Shown in pieces: positions 27,168 to 37,713 of a DNA stretch of 56,106 nucleotides (positions are counted from its first letter, which is position 1; each line of letters begins with the position of its first letter). The notes beneath the pieces were generated by a model. It made no database searches. It had not been told where the DNA came from and saw nothing but the letters and a program-made list of their open reading frames with translations. The translations under genes were made by a program, and so were the position numbers. Origin of the DNA: Dehalococcoidia bacterium (lineage in GTDB: Bacteria; Chloroflexota; Dehalococcoidia; Lucifugimonadales; CAJWER01); contig OY762633.1 of NCBI GenBank assembly GCA_963666125.1, positions 1 to 56,106 of the forward strand, read 5' to 3'.

Positions 27168-28046
27168 TTGGACATCAATAAAAAGGGCGTCGCCACATAT
27201 CTCCTGATCACCTTCGGACTGGCTTGGGTTCTTTGGGAGACTGCACTGATGGTGGGCCCGTCTACCGATAGCCCCTTGTTTCAGTTATCCATTCTACCTG
27301 GAGCCCTTTCGCCAGCCGTTGCCGCAGTAGTTGTGAGGAAGTGGGTGACCCAGGAAGGGTTTCAGGATGCAGGGCTAAGGTTGAACATAGATCGATGGCG
27401 CTACTATCTTGCTGCCTGGTGCTTGCCACTTTTGGTGGTGCCGGTGATTGTGCTCTTAGCTGTGGCTCTGGGGATAAGCGAACCGGACTTTACTCTGGAA
27501 CGTGCTCTGAGGCAACTGGCACCAGAGGGAGCTACGCCCCCCTCTCTTCCTCCCGGCATATTTGCCATCTTGCCGTTCCAGTTCATGATAACCACGTTGG
27601 TGGCCACCCCTGTTCTGTGGTGTGAGGAATTTGGCTGGCGAGGTTACCTCCAACTCCGATTGCTGGGTCACCGACCACTGCCAGCCTCAGTTGTGACGGG
27701 CTTCATATGGGCACTCTGGCACCTTCCAATCAATCTACGAGGCTACAATTTTCCTGACCAGCCCATGCTAGGAATGCTCGTCTTCACGTTCAGCGCAATA
27801 ATGCTGTCCATCATCTTTGGATGGCTCCGGGCAAGGACGGAAAGTATCTGGTCTGCCAGTCTGGGACATTCAGCCACGAACGTCCTTGGCGCGGGCCTGA
27901 CGGTTATGCTCTTTTGGGGAGGGTCAAACTGGTTATATGTGAGCTATGTCGGCATCCTCGGATGGGTTCCGTTGGGAATTCTGTGCGCTTGGATTATCCT
28001 GAAGGGACAACTTAGGGGCGCCGAGTTGAAGAAGGGCATCAGCTAG
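27168..28046 (+). CDS. CPBP (CAAX protease / Abi) family intramembrane metalloprotease
   Basis: EEFGWRGYL, WALWH, H...N motifs; multiple TM helices; more A/T-rich than the flanks. Confidence 0.88.
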   Translation: MDINKKGVATYLLITFGLAWVLWETALMVGPSTDSPLFQLSILPGALSPAVAAVVVRKWVTQEGFQDAGLRLNIDRWRYYLAAWCLPLLVVPVIVLLAVALGISEPDFTLERALRQLAPEGATPPSLPPGIFAILPFQFMITTLVATPVLWCEEFGWRGYLQLRLLGHRPLPASVVTGFIWALWHLPINLRGYNFPDQPMLGMLVFTFSAIMLSIIFGWLRARTESIWSASLGHSATNVLGAGLTVMLFWGGSNWLYVSYVGILGWVPLGILCAWIILKGQLRGAELKKGIS

Positions 28047-28130
28047 AAGTCAGAGAGAGTGATTCACTCACCACACAGATGTTGGCCAGACCCTTTGTGC
28101 ACTAGCCCCCAACAAAGCCAATGCTCCCTT

Positions 28131-29063
28131 CTACCGGCCAGGCAACTCGTTCGCGACAGCCGCAGCCGCTATCCATTGCCGTATGGTCGTCATTATTTCT
28201 TCATCCACACCATCGCAGAAGTCGACAATCCGGCATCGGTCAAACAGCAGGCCTGCATCGACCGAGATCTCGTATCTCTCATACGGTGTCAAGGCCAACG
28301 CTTCAGAGATGAAGAACATGCGCACCGGTAGGACAACTAGGGGCTCGCGCATCCACTTCTTCACGAACACGTCAGGTTGAAGTTCGGTCATGGAGTCCTT
28401 GTAGTTGGTTCCTGTCTTACACTGTCCGAAGCCGATGAGCTTGCCTGGCAGTCTGTCCTTGAAGGGCTTCCACGCAACGACGTCCAGCTTGCCGTCCTTA
28501 ACGTTTGAACCTGCCAACGGGCGATCTGTGAAACTGCTGCCCTCTCCCAGGCGACGGCAGAGATTGTCAACTTTCTCTTGGAAGCCTTCGTCCTGCGCCG
28601 CAGTGCCGAAGACGAGGCTCTCGGCCCGTTCGCCGAAGTAGCCCTTGGCAATCTGCGCAGAAAGGCATTCGAGGAGCAGCGTTCCGTCAATGCCGGCATG
28701 ACACCGATCGTTCTTCATGTCAAGCCTTGTGGATAGCAGCAGGTACTTGTAGATGGCGTGTGCGGGCATCTTGTCGCCTCGGATGACTCGAAGCGTGTGT
28801 CCATCTCTGTCAATCTCGAATGGATAGCCGCCTCTGCACGCTTCCTGACGCCGCTCGATCTCCCCATATGCTTCCTCGACACGTCCGTCCGCTTCTTCCT
28901 CCTCGGGCACCCCGTTGGAATAATCGTTCTCCGCAAGCCTTCCGAGCAGCCTAGAAAGGTCGGTCGCAGACGTACCTCCCCGCTGCCAGCAGAGCAACTC
29001 GGCGAAGTCGGCAAGCTCGTGTTCAGGTGCATTGGCCGATGGCGGCCTGGACCACTTGAACAT
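28131..29063 (-). CDS. Hypothetical protein with Mrr/PD-(D/E)xK-like nuclease motif
   Basis: DGKLDVVAW...FGQCKTG (D...QxK); ATG overlaps the upstream TGA by 1 nt. Confidence 0.6.
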   Translation of the reverse strand: MFKWSRPPSANAPEHELADFAELLCWQRGGTSATDLSRLLGRLAENDYSNGVPEEEEADGRVEEAYGEIERRQEACRGGYPFEIDRDGHTLRVIRGDKMPAHAIYKYLLLSTRLDMKNDRCHAGIDGTLLLECLSAQIAKGYFGERAESLVFGTAAQDEGFQEKVDNLCRRLGEGSSFTDRPLAGSNVKDGKLDVVAWKPFKDRLPGKLIGFGQCKTGTNYKDSMTELQPDVFVKKWMREPLVVLPVRMFFISEALALTPYERYEISVDAGLLFDRCRIVDFCDGVDEEIMTTIRQWIAAAAVANELPGR

Positions 29064-30160
29064 CAGTCGTCCGCTCCGGCTCTTCGCCTTCTGCGAGGGC
29101 TACTCTTGCGTTCCATCTCGTCATAGAGATCCTCGGCGAGGTCCGCCACGTCCTCGGCGACGGTGAGTAGTTGTTGGGAGCCATCGTATCCGGTGGACAG
29201 CAGGCTATGGGCCTTCTCTAGGTTCCTCTTAGCAGCGTGAAGGGACTCCTCAAAGACGTTCGACGACGGTCGGCTGATCTCAAAGGCATGGCTGAGCTCC
29301 GTACCGGCGCGAAGGGCTGCGACCGCCTCTCTATTGGCAACGACCCTGTCGAGGCGCCTCAGATCGGGATTCTGCGACTGGACGACCGGGCGAGTTTCTT
29401 CCTTCTTGCTGCCATAGAGCCAACGACAGAGCTCCCCGAGCTCCTCCTTCTTCTCCGGGGGCACAGGCTCCGGGTCTTCATCAGCCGCCGAACTCACCCC
29501 GATGAACTCGCTGATACCCGTGTAGTCCAACCCGGTGTAGAGATGTGAGAATGAGAAATGTCGTCGTGAGCGGTCTTCCCGGTCGAACACCTTCCATCGT
29601 TCGGCCTGATCTATGACCATCATGCCTCGAAACAGCCGCTGCACCGTCTTGTGCGTGTCGCCGATCTGCTTGGCAATATCCTCAAGACTGACGCCGAACT
29701 CCCTGTGCACCTTGGTTACGTACTGCGACTTGGCGTAGCTGGTCCACTTGGCCGGGCCGTTCACGTGCTTGAAGCCGATGTATTGCCAGGCGTCCTTGCG
29801 GTTGCTGGCTATGGTGGGAAGCTGCCGGAGTGCCTTCTTCGCGTTCTTGCCAATGGCGGGGATGTCGGTCGCTTCGACGAGCGTGGGGTCCAGAAGCACC
29901 CTGACCGCGGCGAGCCGTCGGTTCCCCTCGATTACGACATTCTTTCCGCCTTCCCGTGCGATGATCAACGGCTCGTGCCGGAAGTACCCACTCGCCGCTA
30001 TGGACAGCATGACCTCCCGGACGTCCATCGATTCCCAAAGAATCTCTACTATCTCGGAGTCAGACGGCGAATTCCCGAGATCGAACTCCGAGAGCCGAGG
30101 GTTTTCGATGTCGAATTCCAGTTCGGCAACGCGCATCAACTCAGTCATACCGGATTCCAT
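29063..30160 (-). CDS. ParB/Srx N-terminal domain protein
   Basis: ENPR, SIAASGY, EPL, VVIEGNRRLAA; followed by an HTH-like segment (LEDIAKQIG..HKTVQR). Confidence 0.8.
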   Translation of the reverse strand: MESGMTELMRVAELEFDIENPRLSEFDLGNSPSDSEIVEILWESMDVREVMLSIAASGYFRHEPLIIAREGGKNVVIEGNRRLAAVRVLLDPTLVEATDIPAIGKNAKKALRQLPTIASNRKDAWQYIGFKHVNGPAKWTSYAKSQYVTKVHREFGVSLEDIAKQIGDTHKTVQRLFRGMMVIDQAERWKVFDREDRSRRHFSFSHLYTGLDYTGISEFIGVSSAADEDPEPVPPEKKEELGELCRWLYGSKKEETRPVVQSQNPDLRRLDRVVANREAVAALRAGTELSHAFEISRPSSNVFEESLHAAKRNLEKAHSLLSTGYDGSQQLLTVAEDVADLAEDLYDEMERKSSPRRRRRAGADD

Positions 30161-30173
30161 AGGATTGTTCCCT

Positions 30174-31052
30174 TCACTCGGGGCGCTCAAGATATGTGGG
30201 CGCTATCAAGAGCTCTTGGGTCTTCATGTTGCGCTGCAGACTGTACCGGAGCGATTTATCGGAAATGTTGCAGGAATCGTACAGCCCCCTGATGAAGGAT
30301 GAATCGTCGTACGACGCTAACCACTTGAGGCGCTTCTGGCGTTGCAGGTAGTCGGCAAGCCGCTTGTGGTCCTTATCTTCGTAGGAGTCCAGATAGAGGC
30401 GGCTACCCTTCTCATAGTACGGAGGATCAAGATACACGAAGACGCCTTCCCTGTCGCGGCCTCTGGGAAGACGCTTGACCAGAAAATCGTGGGCGTCCAT
30501 CCCGGTCACGTGTATTCGGTCGCGCATATTGCCGAGCGCATGTACCCGTGCGGTAAGCGAATCCCTGTAGAAGCGAGCGTCGATCTTCCATTCCCCCTCC
30601 TGAGCGTAGCCGCCTATGGGAGCGGCTCCGGTTATCACACCCGACCTGTTGCAGCGATTCAGATAGAAGGCGGCGAAACCGAGCTCGAATGGCTTGCTTG
30701 CGTCAGCTTTCTGGCAGACTGCGCTCTGCCTTCGCCATTCTTCGACGTTCACGGGCACGTTCATGATCTTCTCGGCGAATCGGTCCGAGTCGTCCAGCAC
30801 CGCCTTCCAGAAAGCCATGATGCGAGGATCCAGATCGTTTAGGTGTATCTCCGACACGACATTGTCATACAGAAGACGGAGTGCGGCACCTGCACCACCG
30901 GCGAAAGGTTCGAAGTATCGTGGGGTGGAGAGTCCGTTCGACGCGATCGTCTGAGCAAGGAGGTCGGCGAGTATAGCCTTGCCCCCGGGGTAGCGCAGCG
31001 GGCTGACGTGCTTCAGCTTACGCCCATTTTGTGCTCTGTGGTTTGCGGCCAT
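30174..31052 (-). CDS. D12-class N6-adenine DNA methyltransferase
   Basis: SPLRYPGGK, EPFAGGAG (motif I), YLNRCNRSG, YLDPPYY (motif IV); TATAAT at 31063-31068 just upstream. Confidence 0.9.
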   Translation of the reverse strand: MAANHRAQNGRKLKHVSPLRYPGGKAILADLLAQTIASNGLSTPRYFEPFAGGAGAALRLLYDNVVSEIHLNDLDPRIMAFWKAVLDDSDRFAEKIMNVPVNVEEWRRQSAVCQKADASKPFELGFAAFYLNRCNRSGVITGAAPIGGYAQEGEWKIDARFYRDSLTARVHALGNMRDRIHVTGMDAHDFLVKRLPRGRDREGVFVYLDPPYYEKGSRLYLDSYEDKDHKRLADYLQRQKRLKWLASYDDSSFIRGLYDSCNISDKSLRYSLQRNMKTQELLIAPTYLERPE

Positions 31053-31081
31053 TGCGATTCTCATTATATGGTACAGAGCGC

Positions 31082-32788
31082 CTAGAACGCATCCGGGACT
31101 GCGGCTATTTGGTGGAGCTGGGCGTGGGTGTAGGAGCCGAGGCTCCTGAAGTCGAGTTCGGTGTAGTTCTTGACCCAGCGGAGGGCGATCTTGTATGCCT
31201 TGTGGTAGCGCTCGGTGGCTGCGGCGAGGGTCCTCTGGCCGGACTCGTCCAGCTCGCCGGCCTCCTCGGTCATGAGGCGGACTATGTCGTCCCGCTCCTC
31301 CTGGAGGAGCCGCTTGACGAGGGGGAAGTCGTGGGCCTCGCCGGTCTCGGTGTCCCTTGCGGCGTGCAGGACCCGCTGGGCGATCTGGGCGACGGACATG
31401 CGGCCCGTGGCCAGGTCTTCCATGAGGGGGCCGTGCAGTCCGGGCTTGCCCGCCAGGCTGTCGATGCCCTTCGCGCCGCGACCGTTGAGCCAGCCCTCCA
31501 GGTACTCGATGACCATCCGCGCGTTGCGGCGCGTGCCCTCGACGGTGATTGGGCCTTCGGGCACCTCGATCCGTATGGGGTAGTTGTCGGGGTCGGCCAT
31601 GTCGGCGGTCGGCTCCCAGCCCGTCGCCCGCAGGTCCTTGAAGGGGTCGGCGGCTGCCTTCATGTGGAAGATGTGGGCGACCCATCCCCTGAGGAAGCCC
31701 TGGTTCGCCTCCCACTCCTTGTCGGCGGCGATGGTGGCGGCAGCCGCCTCGTTCACCGCCGGGTCGCGGCTCGGCAGGGCGGTCGCCATGCCGCCGATGG
31801 GGGCCGCGCCGTGCTTCAGGCAGGTGGCCACGAGGCGGCGGAATATGTTGGCCAGGAAGTCGGTCGTCTTGATGTCCACGCCGAACCGGTCGGGCCACAC
31901 GGAGTCCGGGTCGGCCATGACGTACTCGAAGATGCTGGCCTTGAAGTCCCACCGGGCGGCGTTGAGCCCGCCCGCGTAGGGGCCGAGGGCGTAGAGGGTC
32001 TCCTCCATCTGGTAGGCGATGGGGAGGGACTCGACGAGGGGAATGGCCCGTATGACGGCGTCGTCCGGCAGGTCGAGATGCGAAAAGGAGTAGTCGAAGA
32101 AGTCGCGCCACAGGGCGGCCTCCTCGGCGGACTCCATCTTGGGCAGGTAGAAGTAGAGGCCCTGGCCGCGGGCGATCTGGGCCCTGCCGGCGTGGTAGAC
32201 GGTCAGGGCGGTGCCGAGGATTGCGGCCGGCACGGGCGCGCCGTCGATGGCGACCTCCGGCTCGTCCAGGTGGAGGCCGCGCTCGCGGTGCATGAAGAAG
32301 GGGATCTCGCCGTCCTGGATGGCGTAGTGGCGTCCGGTCGCCCTGTTGGTGAACTCCAGGGTGCGTTCGACCGCCGCGAGCCGGTTCCGCGCCGCCGTCA
32401 CCGTGTCGACGAACCTGTGGCCCCCGGCGTCCTCGTCGTCATCCAGGTCGCCCTCGGCGCGCGTCCCGTCGGGCCCGGGGTTGAGGGCGTTGATGAACAT
32501 GCTGGTGATCGAGGCCGGGCCGGTGATCTCTATGCCGGGGCGCTCCAGGTCTTCGGGCAGCGGCGGCGCCTGCCAGTCGAGGGTCGTCGCGTCCGACGGC
32601 GGCAGGTGGCCGGGGAGGACGCCGTCCTTCAACGCCCTCTCCAGCACGACGGCCCGCTTCGCCCGCAGATCGTGTATGCGGGCCGTGAACCTGTCGTGGA
32701 GTGCCAGGAGATACTCCTGGAACCCCGGCGTGAACAGCTCGTCCGCGCCCTCAACCTCCGCAATGCTCAACCTCTCCGTGGCGACCAT
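31082..32788 (-). CDS. aceB: Malate synthase (A-type-like)
   Basis: EITGP, RGLHLDE, YFYLPKMES, RWDF, GGMA, WVAH, LMEDLAT; GGAGG RBS before ATG 32788. Confidence 0.8.
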   Translation of the reverse strand: MVATERLSIAEVEGADELFTPGFQEYLLALHDRFTARIHDLRAKRAVVLERALKDGVLPGHLPPSDATTLDWQAPPLPEDLERPGIEITGPASITSMFINALNPGPDGTRAEGDLDDDEDAGGHRFVDTVTAARNRLAAVERTLEFTNRATGRHYAIQDGEIPFFMHRERGLHLDEPEVAIDGAPVPAAILGTALTVYHAGRAQIARGQGLYFYLPKMESAEEAALWRDFFDYSFSHLDLPDDAVIRAIPLVESLPIAYQMEETLYALGPYAGGLNAARWDFKASIFEYVMADPDSVWPDRFGVDIKTTDFLANIFRRLVATCLKHGAAPIGGMATALPSRDPAVNEAAAATIAADKEWEANQGFLRGWVAHIFHMKAAADPFKDLRATGWEPTADMADPDNYPIRIEVPEGPITVEGTRRNARMVIEYLEGWLNGRGAKGIDSLAGKPGLHGPLMEDLATGRMSVAQIAQRVLHAARDTETGEAHDFPLVKRLLQEERDDIVRLMTEEAGELDESGQRTLAAATERYHKAYKIALRWVKNYTELDFRSLGSYTHAQLHQIAAVPDAF

Positions 32789-32952
32789 TCCCAACCTCCG
32801 TAGTGCCGAATAGTAGGTCACCATACTACCACGCCGGGCCTCCGGGTACCTGGTGTCAAGAAGCAAGGGCGGCGTAGGTGCCCGGGCCGGATGCTGTGCT
32901 ATGATTGCGGCGTTGACGCTGAACGGGCGCGGCTGCCGTGAGGAGAACATAT

Positions 32953-34910
<1,958 letters not shown>

Positions 34911-34931
34911 GGCATCGTCACCGGGACTCCT

Positions 34932-34959
34932 GGGATACCGGCTTCCGCCGGTATGACGG
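34932..34959. repeat. Short palindromic intergenic repeat, copy 2 (GGATACCGGC-N4-GCCGGTATGACGG)
   Basis: Related to 13658-13685; lies between convergent purA and dapA. Confidence 0.6.
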
Positions 34960-34964
34960 TGCTG

Positions 34965-35861
34965 TTAGGCCTCGACGGGGAGGTCGATGTCGTACTGGTC
35001 CATCACCGGGTCGAACTTGGCCCTGAAGTCGTCGTCGGCCTCGACCATCGGGAGGCGCGGCTTGCCCGCGTCGAACCCGGCCCGGTTGACGGCGTACTTG
35101 ATGGGGATGGGGTTGGTGACCCAGAAGAGGGCCTTGAAGATGGGCAGGAGCCTCCGGTGCTCGGCCGCCGCGCTCTCGAGGTCGCCCTCCAGGACCATGC
35201 CTATCATCGCCTTGACCTGGTTGCCGATGATGTTGGACGCGACGCTGACGACGCCGAAGCCGCCGACACAGACGATGGAGAAGGTCTCGTCGTCGTTGCC
35301 CGACCAGACCCTGAATCCCGGAGGCGCGCCGTCCACGATCCTGGTGATCTGGACGGGGTCGCTGGACGCCTCCTTGACGCCGACTATGTTGTCGATTTGC
35401 GCCAGCCGCAGGGTCGTATCCTCCGTCATATTGAGCGAGGTGCGCCCGGGAACGTTGTAGAGCAGGCCGGGCAGGGGCACCGCCTCGGCGATGGCCTTGA
35501 AGTGCTGGTACAGGCCCTCCTGAGGGGGCTTGTTGTACGCGGGCACGGTGAGCAGCAGGGCGTCCACGCCCACCTTCTCGGCTTCCCTGGACAGCTCGAT
35601 GGAGTTGCGGTGGTTGTTGTCGGTGGTGCCGGCTACGACGGATGCGCCGGCGCCGACCTCCTCCTTCACCTCGGCGAAGAGGCGGATCTTCTCGTCGTCG
35701 GACATGGAGGGCGATTCGCCCGTGGTCCCGCCAATGACGAGGCCGTCGGAGCCCGAGTCGATCAGCGCGCGGGCGAGCTTGCGGGCCTGGGAGTAGTCGA
35801 GCTCGCCGTCCTCGTCGAACGGGGTAACCATAGCCGTCAGGACTCTTCCGATCTCTACCAT
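34965..35861 (-). CDS. dapA: 4-hydroxy-tetrahydrodipicolinate synthase
   Basis: TAMVTPF, GTTGES, YNKP, YNVPGRT, GVKEAS, TNPIPIK. Confidence 0.96.
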   Translation of the reverse strand: MVEIGRVLTAMVTPFDEDGELDYSQARKLARALIDSGSDGLVIGGTTGESPSMSDDEKIRLFAEVKEEVGAGASVVAGTTDNNHRNSIELSREAEKVGVDALLLTVPAYNKPPQEGLYQHFKAIAEAVPLPGLLYNVPGRTSLNMTEDTTLRLAQIDNIVGVKEASSDPVQITRIVDGAPPGFRVWSGNDDETFSIVCVGGFGVVSVASNIIGNQVKAMIGMVLEGDLESAAAEHRRLLPIFKALFWVTNPIPIKYAVNRAGFDAGKPRLPMVEADDDFRAKFDPVMDQYDIDLPVEA

Positions 35862-35863
35862 GG

Positions 35864-36907
35864 CTATCTCCTCTCCTTCACCAGTGCAGGGGGTTTGAGG
35901 AGGCCCCTGTCCAGGACCTCCTCGGCGATCTGGACAGCGTTGAGGGCCGCGCCCTTCCTCAGGTTGTCCGATACCAGCCACATGGCTATGCCGTTGGGGT
36001 GGGAGACGTCCTGGCGTATCCGCCCGACGTAGACAGGGTCGCGGCCCTCCGCGTCGATGGGCATAGGGTAGACGGCTGCCTGCGGCTCGTCGACCACTTC
36101 GACGCCAGGGGCGTCGGAGAGTATCTCCCGGACCTTTGAGGGAGTCATGGGTTGCTTGAACTCCACGTGGACGGCCTCGCTGTGGGACACCATGACCGGT
36201 ACGCGGGCGCAGGTCGCGGAGACCGGCAGGTCGGGCCGGTGCATGATCTTCCTGGTCTCGTCCACCATCTTCATCTCCTCCGTAGTGTACCCGTTGTCGA
36301 GGAACGTCTCGACTTGGGGGAGCACGTTGAAGGCTATCCGGTGGGGGTACTCGGCTGGCTCGGCGACTCCGCCGTTCAGAATCCCGGCCGACTGCCGTCG
36401 TAGCTCGTCCATCGCGGCGGCCCCGGTGCCCGATACTGACTGGTAGGTGTCGACTACGGCCCTGGCGATGGGGTTGGCGTCGTCGAGGGGCTTGAGGGCC
36501 ATAACGAGCTGGGTCGTCGAGCAGTTGGGCGTGGACACGATGCCCTGGTGATCTGCCAGGTCCGCGCCGTTCACCTCTGGCACGACGAGGGGCACGTCCG
36601 GCTCCATCCTGAAGGCGGAGCTCTTGTCTATCACGAACGCGCCCTGGTCTACGGCCATGGGGGCGACCTCTCGGCTGATGCCGCTTCCGGCCGCGATGAA
36701 GACCACGTCGACCTGCGAGAGGAGCCCAGGGGTGACCGGCTCCACGGCCACGTCGCGGCCCTGGAAGGCGAGCTTCCTGCCCCAGGAGCGCTCCGAGGCG
36801 CAGAGGCGTATCTCGTCCACGGGAAGGCTGCGCTCCTCGATTACCTCGAGGAGGACGCCTCCAACGGCGCCGGTGGCGCCCACTACCGCGACCCGCAAGC
36901 CGTTCAA
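35864..36907 (-). CDS. asd: Aspartate-semialdehyde dehydrogenase
   Basis: GATGAVG, SSAFRM, PNCST, QSVSGTG, DNLRKGAALN. Confidence 0.97.
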   Translation of the reverse strand: MNGLRVAVVGATGAVGGVLLEVIEERSLPVDEIRLCASERSWGRKLAFQGRDVAVEPVTPGLLSQVDVVFIAAGSGISREVAPMAVDQGAFVIDKSSAFRMEPDVPLVVPEVNGADLADHQGIVSTPNCSTTQLVMALKPLDDANPIARAVVDTYQSVSGTGAAAMDELRRQSAGILNGGVAEPAEYPHRIAFNVLPQVETFLDNGYTTEEMKMVDETRKIMHRPDLPVSATCARVPVMVSHSEAVHVEFKQPMTPSKVREILSDAPGVEVVDEPQAAVYPMPIDAEGRDPVYVGRIRQDVSHPNGIAMWLVSDNLRKGAALNAVQIAEEVLDRGLLKPPALVKERR

Positions 36908-36918
36908 TGGTCCACTCC

Positions 36919-37710
36919 CTAGAGGCCCAGGAGCTTGTCCAGGCCTACGGTGAGGCCCGGTCGGTTGCCGACCTCCCGGATGGCCAGGAGGACTCCCGGC
37001 ATGAAGCTCTCGCGGCTGATGGAGTCGTGGCGCAGGGTCAGGGTCTGGCCCAGCGCCCCGAAGACGAGCTCGTGGTGGGCCACGCGGCCGGGCATCCGCG
37101 CCGAGTGGATGGTAACGCCGTCCAGGGCTCCTCCGCGCGTGCCGGCGACGAGCTCCTTTTCGGCCTGGGGCGCCTCGAATGGGCCGCCCTTGCCATCGAC
37201 GGTCGCCTGGGCGATTGCCAGGGCAGTGCCGGAGGGGGCGTCGATCTTGTTCTCGTGGTGCATCTCGGTCAGGTCGGCGTAGTCGAAGAAGGGCGCGGCG
37301 ATCCTGGCCAGGTGGGTCATCACAACCGCGCCCATGGCGAAGTTGGGGGCGATGATAATGCCGACGCCGTGCTCTTCGGCGAGCGCGGCTGCCTCCTGGA
37401 AACCGGACTCCCGGATCCCCGTGGAGCCGACTACGACGTTGACCTTGCGCGGGGCCGCCTCCCTGATGACGCCGGATGCGCCCTCGGCGTTGGTGAAGTC
37501 CACCACGACGTCCACCCCGTCCAGCACGTCGGCGATGGACGACGACAGCGGCACCGATACCTCACCGTCGGGGGTGGAGACGATGGCTTCACGGGCGACG
37601 TGGTCGACGCCCGCGACAACTCGCATGTCGTCCTCGCCCGCGACGGCGGAGAGCACCTGCTGGCCCATCTTGCCAAGTGCGCCGTTCACTACGACGTTGA
37701 TGGCTGACAT
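36919..37710 (-). CDS. dapB: 4-hydroxy-tetrahydrodipicolinate reductase
   Basis: GALGKMG, DFT, APNFAMG, EMHHENKIDAPSGTA, RHDS. Confidence 0.96.
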   Translation of the reverse strand: MSAINVVVNGALGKMGQQVLSAVAGEDDMRVVAGVDHVAREAIVSTPDGEVSVPLSSSIADVLDGVDVVVDFTNAEGASGVIREAAPRKVNVVVGSTGIRESGFQEAAALAEEHGVGIIIAPNFAMGAVVMTHLARIAAPFFDYADLTEMHHENKIDAPSGTALAIAQATVDGKGGPFEAPQAEKELVAGTRGGALDGVTIHSARMPGRVAHHELVFGALGQTLTLRHDSISRESFMPGVLLAIREVGNRPGLTVGLDKLLGL

Positions 37711-37713
37711 GGC

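Noticed and set aside
27112..31081. Prophage or integrative element
   Set aside because: No integrase, att repeats, tRNA or phage structural genes are visible
30174..32111. 645-aa ORF suggesting a large N-terminal extension on the methylase
   Set aside because: The extension is an alternate frame of malate synthase; a TATAAT and ATG at 31052 define the real gene
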